Shown: piece after piece, positions 14,171-64,000 of the stretch
Position numbering within the stretch: the stretch's first letter is position 1
How the letters are laid out: each line of letters opens with the position of its first letter
DNA from: Acanthaster planci
Lineage: Eukaryota
NCBI RefSeq assembly: GCF_001949145.1
Contig: NW_019091359.1
Span: forward strand, 2,704,861 to 2,768,860
DNA: 64,000 nt
Direction of reading: 5' to 3'
Made by a program: the position numbers and the translations under genes
The notes under the pieces: generated by a model
Databases searched by the model: none
The model's input: only the letters and a program-made list of their open reading frames with translations
Told to the model about the DNA's origin: nothing

Positions 14171-17100
14171 TCACCACAAGCGCACATGACATCGTAGTTC
14201 AAAGCATGGCTCATAGCTTAGGACGTCGTTGCTTGGCAACAAAGCACCCTTTGTTATTCATGCACTGATGCTACGGACCCTTTACTTCAGGTTCGTTACT
14301 TTCTCAGAAGTGGTGGGAGTTCCTGTTTGCATTCTTGTATTGCATGGACTCAACGCACCTCACAAGGCCCAGTTCCTTCAATCACTGATGGAAATGTAGT
14401 CAGGACCCTTCTTCATTATACTCCTCATTAGAATCCTTGTGTCCATACCCGCAACGATAGATAAACTCACGGCTGAATAAAATACTTCGAGTTTTAATAT
14501 TCCAAACGGGTTTCATTTACATTGGTCTAAAACATTGCTCGGTGGCATAGTTCGCGATGTTTCTGCTGGTCATTAAAATGTATGGAGATGGTTGGCAACA
14601 CGGTTGCCGCAACCGTGTTAGTCGAACAAAATCAAATTGACATTTAACATAGCATCTACAAAGACAAGCTTTTACTTTTGCTAGTCTGTAAGTACTACCT
14701 TAATTGGAGGTAGTGTTATCTAGGATTCCAGGGAAACTAGAATAGGACTTGAAAACAGTTGGACTAAATCTAGAAACTGGAATGGTAAGGATATTCTGCG
14801 TGAGTGTGGATGTATTGAGCTCGTTGGGATTTAACAAAGTGTGCTGTGAAGAAAAGTGAATGTTGGGAGGCGGGATTGACAACTGAGATGGTGACAATTC
14901 TCGATGATACATCATTGTGGTGCATTAGGCATGCATCTATCCATCTTGTCCGTTACTCATTTTAATATTCCGTCTCTGCTTCTTTTTGTTTTCTTGAAAT
15001 CCTTATCTTGCTTTGATTTCTTCTTTGGAGAATATCTAAACCGTTACGTGCATTCACCATTAGTCATTCAGACGCGTGGGCTACATGCATCGTCACAAAC
15101 TGTCCGATCGATCATGTTGTCCCAAGACTTTGCACAACGGCCCCCTCCCTACTTCTGTCGCCACGCCTGTGGAAATGTACCTTCTGAAACAATTCAATAG
15201 TACATTAATTTTAATGTGACATTTTTGTCAGTCTCGGCGGCAACGTAAACGGCCGACTGGCTCCACGTGAACGTGGGCGATCAAACATACCGACAGTTTT
15301 TACGATTTGAAATAAACCCATTACGAGTGAGCAGCCCCATTTTATCATATTTAAGTCACACGTTAATTTAATTTTAGGCGATGCCTTGTCATTTGCTAAT
15401 AGCTAAAAAAAATTGCTAGTTACGCGCAGTCGTTTATCTGCATAAACTACAACTGTTTCTGTACGTCTCTTAACAGCGAAAAGACAGACGCCATGTTGTA
15501 GCGATGCATGACTTTATGTCTTGGGTCCATGAGTTCGTGCGAAAGGCTTTTAGACAGTGTGACATGTCGACATTGTAAGGCCTCACATCATACTCTTGTG
15601 GCGCGTCCACTTATTGATGTAAGTGGGAACATTACGGACATTAGCCAAAGTCTTGATTGATGAAAAGGGCTTTTAGACGGTACACGTTTTAATTTGTCTG
15701 TAGTTAAAGTCTGAACGGGAAATGGACCAAGAATCAGAGCATTGATAATTTTCCCTCCGTCAACGCTTCAAGCTTCGGTTTTAGGTTTCAAATTCATTAA
15801 TGTCGTTTCCCTGGGGACTCTTCGACTGGATGCAGTCGAAATGTCACTTTGTTTCATGTAAGTTTGACCAATGTTTGGAGTATTTGACTTTCAATAAACA
15901 ATTCGACCACACTCTCCTAGACCCCGTGCTCAAGCCGGTCGCGGTGATGAAGCTCAATCCAATTGTGTTTTGACAAAATAAATGTCAAGCCGCTTTCTCG
16001 AATTATCCATGAGCTAACCTACACAAGTCCAAGGGGACCATGGCTTCCCCAACAGAGGTACCTTTTTTAATAATTAAATGAGGTTTTTTTAAGGACTATT
16101 TCACTCAACTTCTTCCCGGCCCCCAAAGCGCGCGAAGATCCCCCAAATTTAGTTCCACACCGCAGAAAGGCCCAAATGTTCATATTAAGAAATTTACGAA
16201 ATTTCTCGCCCCTCAACCCCCACGAAATTTTAGTTCTGTACCCTCGTTTGTAAGTACAGTACGCCAGACCCGACTGACTTTCCTGGACTTTTGTGCAAAT
16301 TCAATACATGGAGATGACACAGGGAACTTTAAGTAATGATTAAGCTCATCATGCGGGTTATTTTGGAGTGATATTGGTAGCCCGCTTTTTTGGTTTTAGT
16401 CAACAAAAGGAACATCCAGGTCATTAAATATTCAATCAGAAAAAGTCCCTATGGATTTTGCATGGCGTCTATTGATTGGCGGGGAGAACTGATGGTGGGT
16501 GGCAGGGTACCAGCGCTCCATTATTAGATTTTGTCTTCGTAAAGAGATTGCAGGCTACCAACCACACTCGAATCTCCGTTTGCACCCCGGATACCTCGAT
16601 GAACGAACGCGTATGGACATAGAGTATAACTGTATAGACGCGTAACATTTGCGGCGTTAAATGTCGCGGCAGCGTTGAGTGGTTCTTGTGTTGATTAAGG
16701 TAAGTTTGTTGCATCAAAGTATTTAGTAGAGCAAACCATGTTAATCTGACACTATTGTGCTATGGGAAATGACAGAATTTAACTGATACGAAAGTTTGAA
16801 AGACTGACATGGTAGACTACGTTACCTTATCATCATGACAATTTGTGACCGACCAGTTTGACGACTTAAATTAAGTAGGCCTACTGCAATTTATTTCTGG
16901 TCGACAAAATCTTTGTTTTCATTGGAGCTGGCGCGTTCTTTGATTTTCTGGTCTCATTAGGGAAGCTTGGAAATAGCTACATTTTTATGGTAGTCTAGGT
17001 TGTTTTTTATTTGTTTTTGCTTAATATAGGCCTAGGTTTTCCCGGCCAATTTCGGAAAAAGTGTAAATGAATTAGTAATAGCAGCATTTGTTTTCGAGCG

Positions 17101-20100
17101 AAATGAAACGAACATTCAAATCCCTGTTTCTATTTAACAAATAAAAATTTTATTTCAATGAAGGTCCATTCATTCGATAAAGTCAGGGTTCAATTTCCCG
17201 ATAATACACTTATAAATTAAATTGGGCATTTTCCGAAATTTAATGGAAAACCTGTATTTTTTGTGTTTGTATTTTTTCTGTTTATCTATGGCGGCTCGTA
17301 CAAAAAAGGACAGGGTGCTGTCCAACTGGAAAATCTTCAAAAGATCGGCGGCTCTGAACGACAAATACTGTCAGACGTTAATCATTAAAACTCGTCATTT
17401 AAAGTTATAGGGAGACAAATTGATAACGCTATAATCCCACACCGAAAAAATGTGAGCTTTTGATGGGTGTTGGCGGAACCAACATCTGAACTAAACTGAT
17501 ACTCTCTATTCCTTTATTCCTCACCCTTTCCTTAATTTGCAACATATTCCACATGTTATAATGTTTTCAAAACTGGCTAATTTAGAGGTAGAAACTCCTA
17601 AACCCAACCGTACAGTGTTTTGATATCTGTGCGACGTTCGGGATAAATATAGATCTTTTCGTCAAACCCGTGCATCATCGCAGTCGATGCATCATTGTTA
17701 ACATTCTTACGGCAAACTGCCTCATTGCTCGAGTGGTGACCGTCTGTGAAGAAATTAGTCTGGCAGTGAACGATGCAGCGAGGGCATCGGTAGAATCGTG
17801 AATATACTGCGGTCGAGCGCTATTAATTACACTTTGAATATAAAATGTGCAGGCTAAATTCCAGAAAATGGAGGAGTTTGAATTTGGCTGTTGGAATGAC
17901 AACTGCTTTGAAATCATGAGGGGAAAATCGAAAAATAGTAGGCCTATATTTGTTATAATAACAATAATATGCAGCTTTGACTTCATGTCAGTTTCGAGAG
18001 ATTTTATAGAAGAGTCATTCGACTGAAAATCCCTCAGTGACGATATTCGAAGTGCAAATGACTATAGAGGTCTGACATTTTTGACATTAGTTCTGCACCA
18101 AGACTTCTCGTAAGCCATTATCAACACTTCCCAGTGAATGGGGATTTTCTTTCGTAATGGATGCTCGATAGTTTTGTTGCTAGGCAGATGTAGATAATGT
18201 GTTGCTATAGATATACAGATAATGTAGCAACGGCACGATCATGAGTCGTGGAAACGATATTAAAAAAAGCAATTAATATGAGCAAATAGCTGTCTCTTTA
18301 ATACTGGGCATAAAAATAAAGGAATTGCAGGGAATTACTGTACATGTACATGTATCCACACTCCTAATCTCACAATGAACACAATTTCTATCATTTTGAT
18401 TTGGAAGATTCTACCAGTCCAGTTTGTAAGTAGCAGCTGCGTATTATTTTCGGACAGAATTCTTCTCAAGAATTTAGCAAATAGGCCTATACAGATAAAT
18501 GCTCGCCTGCTAGATATAAGAAGTTTTTGTAAATGGGCAACCAGCATCTTATTAAGATTCTGGCTGCAGCTGTTGGGGAGGATTTCGGAATCACGAGCAA
18601 AATTATTTCAGGTGCATTTTCATGTCGACTGAAGTTGGCACTACGCAAGAAACGTACGTACTTGAGTTTGTGGACTCTGAGTGACACATAATCCTGCTTG
18701 GCCCATAATAGCATTCACACGCCTTTGAGAAGCAACCCCCCCTCAGATCACTGAGGATAATCGGACGCGTTCCTCTGCGCGCGCGTGATCGGTGTAAATG
18801 AGAAAACTTCTTTCGACACCCGAGGTTGTTTCTGTCAGTATCCAGTGACACTAACTGACACGTTTGCTTTTGCGCCGTTGCTTAAATCAATAATAGAATT
18901 GAAGTCGTCTTTTTCTTGCCTTCTTGTAGTCCGTCGGGTGTTTAGTTCGTCTACAAAGCTAACACCTCGGAAAGAAGCGACTCCCGAGGATTCAGTTTCG
19001 TGTTCAGTAAAACTTACTGTCTCTTGTTAATTCCGATGTTGAATGTGGGACTTGCATACAAACTAGGCCTACACTTTGCTGTTTTTGAGTCACCTAGATC
19101 TGATTTCTGTCATTTCCTTCAGGTGTTAAGCGTATTGATATGGATAAGCTTGTAGTTCATACAGTCACGATGCACCAGTCATCCTGATTTAATCAACCGA
19201 TTGTGAAACTCAATTTTTGTAGTATGTTTTCTGAACAAACAGATGCAGAAAACTGGTATCGTCTGGGTTTGTTTCCCCCAAGAGAAGAAACATTGCGACA
19301 TGCAAATGTAAAAATATTTTTTTTCGAACAGAATTTTTGCATCTATTTATTGTGGCAGATTCAACAAATCTAATGAAATCAAGTCAATCTTTGTAAAACA
19401 ATAAAAACAGTGTGTACATACACCAACTGTAGATGGATTGTGTTGATGTTGCCATGTCCGGTTCGTGTACGAATATTCTGACCATAATATTAATCTCTGC
19501 GGGTCGACGATGAGTTACCTTGGCTCATAGAATTTATCGTGGGGTCTTGGCTGATAAACGGTGAGGGAGACCCCTGTATTTGGGCTAAATGTACAAAACG
19601 AAACTATAATTGTAATCGACATTCCAAAGCTATACGACGTGCGAAGTTGACATTTAATCGCGAAATGAAGATATCTCTATTAAAAATGAAGCTATCTCTA
19701 TTAGAAGTAGAGATATCTCTATTTCTAATCTAATCTAATCTAATCTAATTGCTTATCGATGGACATGTCGTTCTGCGAAATCGATCGTCGGAGAAAAATT
19801 CGAACTCGGTTCCTGTTCGATGAACTTGCGCGCCAAGTGCTACGTATTGCAAATAAGCAATGACGTACCATTTTAAATTTGTTTTTGACTTGTTTGCTGA
19901 AGAGATAAAGGCCTCTTTTAACTTCAGACACGTTCGGTGTTTTTACTGTTTGGTATGTGGTATGCCCATCCCTTGACGGTTCATGATCTTTGCAAATAAT
20001 TAACTTCAGGAGGATAATGTGTATAACGAGCTTGCAAACAGTCAAAGCTAGGAGGCTAGTCGGTAACAAAAGAATCCCCCAACAAAGCTGGTTTCAATGC

Positions 20101-20448
20101 ACGACTGCGCACCAAGTACATTCCTCGAAATCAGAATTTAGAACGTTCACCAACGTCAGACAAAATCATGCTTCTTAAAACTCGCTCGTGAACCGAGCAT
20201 GCAGACTCTCGGGAAAACTCTCACAGCAAATGTAACACAAAAGTGTCAGTTACTAGTACGAGACACCGCACAGGTAAGTGGCTTTCTATCTGTGGCGATC
20301 TTGGGACTGAAAACCTAATTGAAAAACCTCGAATCGACCTGAAAAACGAGCGAGAAAGAGCCAGCCAGGGTCCTTGTCCATTGTCACAACACGTATACCC
20401 ATTTTTTGCTATGCACAAGAACTGAACTGCAGCCAATACTCGGCTTCT

Positions 20449-20673
20449 TACGGAGCTGCATTAGGGACACGGTTAAAAAAGAAATTCTCTTCTCCTTGAG
20501 GTAAGTCGTACACACGACTTGTATGTCGTACGTCTGACGTCTATCTCGTAATTACGAGATATAAGTCGTACGTACGACACATAGGTCGTACGTACGACAT
20601 ACAAGTCGTACGTACGAGTTAGCTCAAGGGGGAAAGAATTTTGTTTTCGCCATGTCCCTAATACAGTTTCGTA
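20449..20673. mobile_element. Foldback MITE with TACG...CGTA ends and 6-bp TSD
   Basis: TIRs tacggagctgcattagggacacgg / ccatgtccctaatacagtttcgta; GCTTCT on both flanks; internal gtcgtacgtacgac units. Confidence 0.85.
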
Positions 20674-21151
20674 GCTTCTTGTGTTTACGTTACGTGCAGT
20701 GCTTTCGTTTTGGCACTTGTAGCTAGGCAGCGCAGGAATCACTGGGCTGTGGCTGAAAATCACACACAACCCTACGGGAACTGGCTGCCATTACCGCCTC
20801 GTAATTAATTCATACCCTCAGCCAAGTAATTTGGTCAGGGCCTAATTGAAGCAAAATCAAAATCACCAGCGGCGAACGGAGTGTTGTAGAAATCATGTGT
20901 GAAATACAAAAAAAGTACCGAAACTGCTTGCTTGCTGTGGGGGGGGGGAACCTGATATACACTTATTCGAAAAAGTTCAACGACCTAACGTTTCGACCTT
21001 AACTCCTTTCTAAAGAACAGTCTATTCCTAAAAATGACGTGTGAAGTTTCACGGGCTACCAAGCTGGTTTTATAGTTGACCGGCTTCCACAGTCCTTCAG
21101 AGTGTAACCAACAGGCATGGGAGTCGCAAGGAAGGGGAGGGGACAGCAGGG

Positions 21152-21220
21152 GGGTACATGTCCCTCCCCAACTCCCATCCCCATGGGTACATGTCCCTCC
21201 CCAACTCCCATCCCCATGGG
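21152..21220. repeat. Tandem duplication, 33-bp unit x2
   Basis: gggtacatgtccctccccaactcccatccccat twice. Confidence 0.9.
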
Positions 21221-21366
21221 GACAATATGGAAAGTATTAACGAAAGACGTAGAGGAAACAGAAGCAGAGGAAACGAAAAGAAGAACGGAAAAGGAGATGA
21301 AACTCACCAAGTCGCTTCAAAACACGTCGAAACTGATTCCACGACCACTGTTAATGCTTAATAGTC

Positions 21367-21541
21367 ATATAGACAAAAATAATAATATAATCAGTGCTCT
21401 GAATTACGTGTATGTAACTGCCGAGCTTCGGTAACTGGGTCCCTTCGTAATCTGCTTGCCCTGACGAAGGTACCCATTTACCGAAAGCTCGGCAATTACA
21501 TAATTCAGAGCGCTGATTTTATGTTATATTTTTGTCTGTAT
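21367..21541. repeat. Imperfect inverted repeat containing the hammerhead; probable Penelope-like pseudo-LTR relic
   Basis: The left arm (agacaaaaata...cttcgt) is the reverse complement of the right arm (acgaagg...tatttttgtct). Confidence 0.75.
21456..21495 (+). ncRNA. Minimal type I hammerhead ribozyme motif (Penelope-like element type)
   Basis: UUGCC-CUGACGA-A-GGUA(CCCAUU)UACC-GAAA-GC-UC-GGCAA: intact core, 5-bp stem I, 4-bp stem II, palindromic AGCU in place of stem III. Confidence 0.75.
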
Positions 21542-22467
21542 TCTGATCGCCGTGCTACGCAGCCCTTTCATGTTTTTCATGCTTAAAAGTCAGTTTGTTG
21601 CTGGCGGGTACTTGGTTATTCTTACTCCATGAAAAAAATTCTAACGACACCCATGCCGATAGTTGCCCTGTTGCTGCTTTGGGTGACTTTTCAGACCAGC
21701 TAAATCGTAGAACATTGGGGGGGAAAAGGCTGATACTTCTGCCCTTTACTTTTCTACAATACGTCTTGAGTGACATCTCTCCACAGTTTGCATCTACGGG
21801 TTCTGCTTCACCGCTCGCAAATCTCTTTTTTTTGGGGGGGGGACTCTATCATAGTTATCAGCACCGTTCCTACTAGGCTATGAGCTACCCAAAATAAATC
21901 AAGCTTTGGATTTATAAGAATTGTGAGTAAGCCTTTGTTGGACGTTAAGTTCCTTAGTTATTTCCTCTGCATGGTGACAGCTGGTAATTTTCACCTTCTA
22001 TATAAAAATATTTCAATGAGTTTTGTTCTCAGTTTTTGTGAACGCTGCTTCTCGGGTTACGCTTCTCAAATCTAACAGGGAACCCCCAATGGATATTCCA
22101 GAGGAATCGTATTTTTACTGCACAAAATTAACATTTTACACGCAGCCAGTTGAGACCCTGCCAGCCAGATTAACTTTCGTAATGAACAGGCAATATATTT
22201 AGCACAGTGGGAAAAGAGCTTGAATTCCAAAATGGACGACCTTGGTACATAAACACCAATGTTGCGAAATTACTACGTGCTTCCAAACCATACAACCATA
22301 CACCGGGATGAATTTTTACAGATGAGTAAAGCACAGGGAAAGTTTGAGCGACGACGTTGATTAAAGTTCTACTAACTCAGCACGAACGATGAATGGTTTG
22401 AAGGCTAGTCTATACCAATTCAGACCAGGCTCCAGGACATGGTCGCACTGCTGGTTTTCAGTAGCCC

Positions 22468-22692
22468 ATTTTTATTTATGATAATGGAGGGAACCATTCA
22501 TATGAAATATCACCGTACGGATTTCAGTGACCATGTACATGTACGCTGCAGAATCGCCGCCAACGGTGAAATGTAAAAAACGATGAGCTAAAAAAAAAAT
22601 TGGCCACCTAAGGTAGTTTGAGTATAAATGAATGCGCATTGTTAAGACGCAATTGACCACTGGTCAAACTATAGTTCGCGCCCGAGCTTGTC
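22468..22692 (+). repeat. Dispersed repeat B, copy 2
   Basis: Direct diverged copy of 9155-9368. Confidence 0.75.
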
Positions 22693-22750
22693 AACCTATA
22701 GAGTGTGCGAGTTGAAGTGCAAACCCCTCATAAACAAAGAATTACTTTAT

Positions 22751-22804
22751 TAGCAGGTTTGAATTCTCTAGCAGGTTTAAATTCTCTAGCAGGTTTGAAT
22801 TCTC
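22751..22804. repeat. Minisatellite, 18-bp unit x3
   Basis: tagcaggtttgaattctc x3. Confidence 0.9.
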
Positions 22805-25800
22805 AATGATGAGATACCGCCATGAAAGTCAAAGTTTGCCGTAGGCCTGCGGGATTTATTCACGAAAATGCCACTTTTGATCGTCCACTATCTACTGAAT
22901 AATTTGACGTGCATGGGATGGAGCCAAGTTCACTGTACATCTTGCACCTGTGGACTTGCTGATATTTTGTCCCCAAATCCTGAAACCTTAGGCACTTACG
23001 ATGCACCTTATGTGCCAGATGTCCTCACTATAGCACGTTTACTAGCACGAACTGACTTGCAGATATTCGTCCCCAAATCGTGAACACTTGAGGTATGCTT
23101 GTCACTTCAAGTCTATGAGACACGAAGCAGTAGTAAAAAAACTTGACCGGCATACACTGACTAGCACTTGAGATAATGGATATGCGTACAGTAAAAAACA
23201 CCCATGATTGCACGTCTTGAGAGAGCCCACGTCACAGTAGGACTAGAGTGGCAGTTGTGTCCATACCTGAAGCGAACAGAGAACCAGGACCTGATTTTAC
23301 ACTTACTGTGCCGACCCGGAACATAGGAGCAATTTGGTTGAAGGCATAAAACCAATTTTTATTTCATCGATTTAGTATAAAAATGCAAAGGCATGCACTG
23401 TGGTCGGACAGCAGCAGTGGGGAACGCTCAATCCTGTCTGGAAATAACGTTCGACGTTTGTTAAAAATTAAATCCTTTGGTTGCTCTATGATCCGACGGA
23501 CAAGGGCTTATTTCAGTAACAAAGACAAATTCCAGATAATACAATTAGTAATCTGTTATAGGGTAGTGCCAGACTATCTGGGGCTCATTGCCTCATAAAC
23601 ATTTCGATATCATGAATCAAAAACTATATTATTTATCAGCATAAGTGAACTTTGATTTATTGCTTTCATTTTTATTTCAGGTTCCCAAAATAAAGAAACT
23701 AACCTTTCTGTCCATTCACACACTGAAAACCGCATAAAATAAAGGTCAAAGATTGGAAGGACTCGATTTTTTGCCTGAAATCGCCTGAGTTCTGTGTTCT
23801 TTTAAAACATTTTGTTAAAAAGAAATTACTAAAAAGCCTGGAGAAAGGGTGGCATCGTTGATACGAACAGACGATGTGACCTCAATTCACCCAATTGCAC
23901 TATATTGTCTCGTGTCATGGAGTCTCTTTGGAAACCCCACCTGATGTCATATGAAATTTCAATTTCGTTAAATCCAGTTTATTTCTTTCTCAGCTGTCTC
24001 TCCGTCTGACATGAGTGTGCTGTGCACGAGGTCGAGCGTATTACAGCCATTGAGTCCATTTTTCATCAAGTCCCAAATTCAATCTGGAGTCTTCACCCCA
24101 TTATTACTCAACTCTGAAAGAGTGTGTTGTGTTTCCTCATATTACATGGACACGAAACTGCAGGAAACCCGGGAAAGCGTACGTGTGGGTGACTGCTTTA
24201 TTGCACGTACACAACATCTTTTCTCGAAAATATCTGTGGTGTGGATCATAAAAGGCAGTTGCTCGTGTCTAGGCTCTTTTTTTTCCCGGGTGTTATTTGA
24301 CCATTTGCTAATTGCAAAAGCTGAATGGTAAAGCTCAAAGCCATAGTTTAGCAATTACCAAATGGGCTTCCCAATTCGGAAAATAGATGCGACACTTTGA
24401 ACAGAACCGTGTTTACTTTATGGCCTTTCTGAGGGGTTAGGCTACGTTTTACACGCTTTTGGAAGAGAGAGAAAAATAATAAAGACAAATAATCATCCTT
24501 TTCTAATCATGTTTATGAAGCCTGATTCTGTTTGGAGGGGGTGTGGCCCCCTTTGGTCTCCTCGATCTGTCTTACTCTCCGTAAAAACCTCCCTCCCACC
24601 CACTTCTATCAATACGTTCTCTTTACTGTTCAGTGGTTCGTATAACCCGATCTGGGCGTGTGATAAAGAATGGGCGGGGGGGGGGTAAATTGGGGAGGCT
24701 TTGCACCCACCCACCAGCAACCTACTCCCTGCAAAACTGTGTCTTGCTATCAGTTTGTAAATATGTTTAAATGCTCAGTTTGTTTAGAAATTTGGTGCAT
24801 CTAGTGTTCAGTCTTGGCATTTTAACATTTAGGAATTGGACCTCAAATGTTCAGCACCTAAACATGTTCAAAAAGTGATCACCAGATTTTGTTGAAGCGC
24901 TAAACAGCGTTTTAGAGTGCTGATAAACCATTCACAGTGGAAGGGGGCCAATTTTCGTCAAGCAAACTTTGTGATTTTCATCCCCTTGCATTTCTGCTTT
25001 TCATTTCTTTGGCTATTTTTCTTTTTGTTTTTTTTCCTGGGGCGCCCTCTTGCCCCCCTTTGCGACACCCATGAAAAGAAACACCCACGTACATTTAGTT
25101 ACAGAACAGTACATGATTTTTCAACCGTCCAGTTAAGTGTGCATGCCTTTTTATACCAAAGCCTTAACATACGGAAACAAAACAAGAGTGCAAAAACTCC
25201 GTCCAGAAAGCCATGGTTTAAATTTAAACAAGTACAAATAAAAATACCATGTACAATGAATCATAGAGAACTCTGTATTATCTTATATTGAGCTTGCGTT
25301 TGATATTTTAATTGTTGCGAATCAAGTGGAAAATCCTAAGTTAACGTCAGTAGCGATTTCAAGTTTTATGGCCTGTAATTTACAAAATTACCTCGAAGTA
25401 GGCCTGCCTAACTGATATGAATGATGGTAAAATACGTTCATGTTCAATCGGGCGTCTGAGACACCTAATTGGTGTTTTATTAGGTACAGAGATTAGAAGA
25501 GCTTTTTCGTTCACATTTATACGCTTCACTACTTTGGTAGGGTTTTCGAGAGTTGCAGGTTCGGCTATATCCTGCTGGTAGTCCGTCCCTCTGATATTTT
25601 TTCGAAGGAAATTAATTATCTGCAGGGGGCCGCCGCGTCACTATGTCTCTGCACTCCGTTTCTCTTTAATGATGCAGGCGTGAGCTAAATGAAATACGGT
25701 AATGTGCAAGATTAGGCTTGTAACAAATAATCATTAAGCTGTTTGGCTTGTTGTACTCTGTTAATAGCACAAGCCTACCATCTGTAATGAGCTGCACGAC

Positions 25801-26259
25801 GCTTAAAAGTTAATATATTTCGACAGGTTTAGGCATAGCACGAACAAGTGAACGACCTTTTTTAAAGTGAACTCGTTAGAGCTGCGAATATCGTCGTCAT
25901 TTGCTTGTCTGTCACGTCCATGTGATGTACATGTACTTTATCGACAAACAGTGATATGACAGTCAGTGATACCACCAGCAGGTTTTCTCCTTAAATTAAT
26001 ACCCCCGTGGGATAGAGTAAAAAAAGTGCAAAGCACCGAGTGAATTATTATTTTTGGTTCTCAAGCATGCAACTATTGAGGTGATGTATAAACATTGACG
26101 TGCGTAGCGATCTGTTGTTGTTTCAACCTGCGTCTTCCATCTCATCGATCATTGTACTACTCCCGATAAAAGAATGTATTCATGATACGGTTTATGGCTC
26201 CATTTAAACATCTTATAGGCATTGCAACCTCGTCCCCAGCGGTTATAAAGTTTATTTCC

Positions 26260-26480
26260 CGTTTAGCTTCCAATAGTGATCTCTGGAAAGGAAACTTTCC
26301 TCCTGTTTCTCTTGCAGGAACATGCGAGGCAACGATTTATCTCTTGTATTGGTGTTGGTAATTTCAGCGTGAATTGACTTGTTTTCACGTTTGCTGTGAA
26401 TCATGACATCCACTTTCTTTTTTAAATAATCCTCTTTCTTTGCTTTGATTATATTTTTAAATGTGATTCTGCACATCAGT
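26260..26480 (-). mobile_element. Possible LINE ORF2 fragment
   Basis: CRITFKNIIKAKKEDYLKKK resembles the same linker region; weak. Confidence 0.35.
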
Positions 26481-27157
26481 TGAAGCTATTTTAACTTGTT
26501 GTCTGAAAGAATTGTACTTTGCGATACAACATACACGCCACGAGGAATTGATTCTGTGTTAAAACCCAACACCGCATACAAAAACGATTGAACGTTGATT
26601 GAAAGCATGGTCAGACACCGGACTATTCCTCATTAATCAATCAAAAATGTTAGCTTGCCAGACCAACTAACCTTTTAAATTTCAAAACCCAATCCAGAGT
26701 TCTATTATTCATTCCTGAAGATGTGCTGAATAGAGAGGGAAAAAAGCGAATCAAACATGGCTAATATTAGTCTTTTTGGAGTCTGCATAATATTGAGTAT
26801 TAGTATACCCTTCAATTTTTAATTACAAGCCCTTGAGTGTCTGTCTCACAGGTCACACTTTTAGAGACAAATTGAGGGTACCTGGATTGACGCAGGCATG
26901 TATAGGGCTGTTTATTTGCCCATAACTTGTTTATTCACGTGTTCAGTTAATCTCAAGTGCTGCTGGTGCGTATAGGCCATCCATGCTTATCCAGCTTCGA
27001 GATGCCATGATTTCCTTTGGCTTTTGCTTCATCCATGACCATTTTCAACTCACGATTGATTTCTTGTAACCGCAACCTCAACAGAAGCAAACGGCCGGCT
27101 GAGATTCATCTATCGCATCGCTCAGTGCCTGTATTTTCTACTCAGGACTTCAATCCG

Positions 27158-64000
<36,843 letters not shown>

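Noticed and set aside
18335..19030. Possible degenerate LINE ORF1 or other coding relic
   Set aside because: No motif I can identify with confidence; would need BLASTX.
20980..21040. Second hammerhead on the minus strand (gtcGAAAcgtt)
   Set aside because: No CUGANGA core upstream; at most a decayed relic.
21117..21434. 105-aa ORF with a GTCPSPTPIPM repeat; weak resemblance of its later part to a GIY-YIG C-terminus
   Set aside because: Explained by a 33-bp duplication and purine-rich sequence; the similarity is too weak to call.

Overview
This is eukaryotic, intron-rich genomic DNA with three N gaps. The repeat types and gene architecture suggest a marine invertebrate, possibly an echinoderm, but that is inference only. 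The right half holds a + strand gene for a large mosaic extracellular protein. I could splice 22 coding exons by hand (27158 to the window end). All introns are GT-AG and phase-consistent, giving about 1378 codons: signal peptide, 2 kringles, PAN/apple, a 33-nt micro-exon, 3 F5/8 type C (discoidin), C-type lectin, Ca-binding EGF, a second C-type lectin and at least 3 CUB domains. The gene continues past the window. Intron 6 carries a decayed antisense Ty3/Gypsy LTR retrotransposon (LTRs, 4-bp TSD, PBS, gag-PR-RT-RH-INT). It has a PHD finger between RNase H and integrase that the ORF track does not show. The first 27 kb has no supportable gene. It contains palindromic MITEs, dispersed repeats, LINE relics and a minimal hammerhead ribozyme motif inside an inverted repeat, resembling Penelope-like elements.
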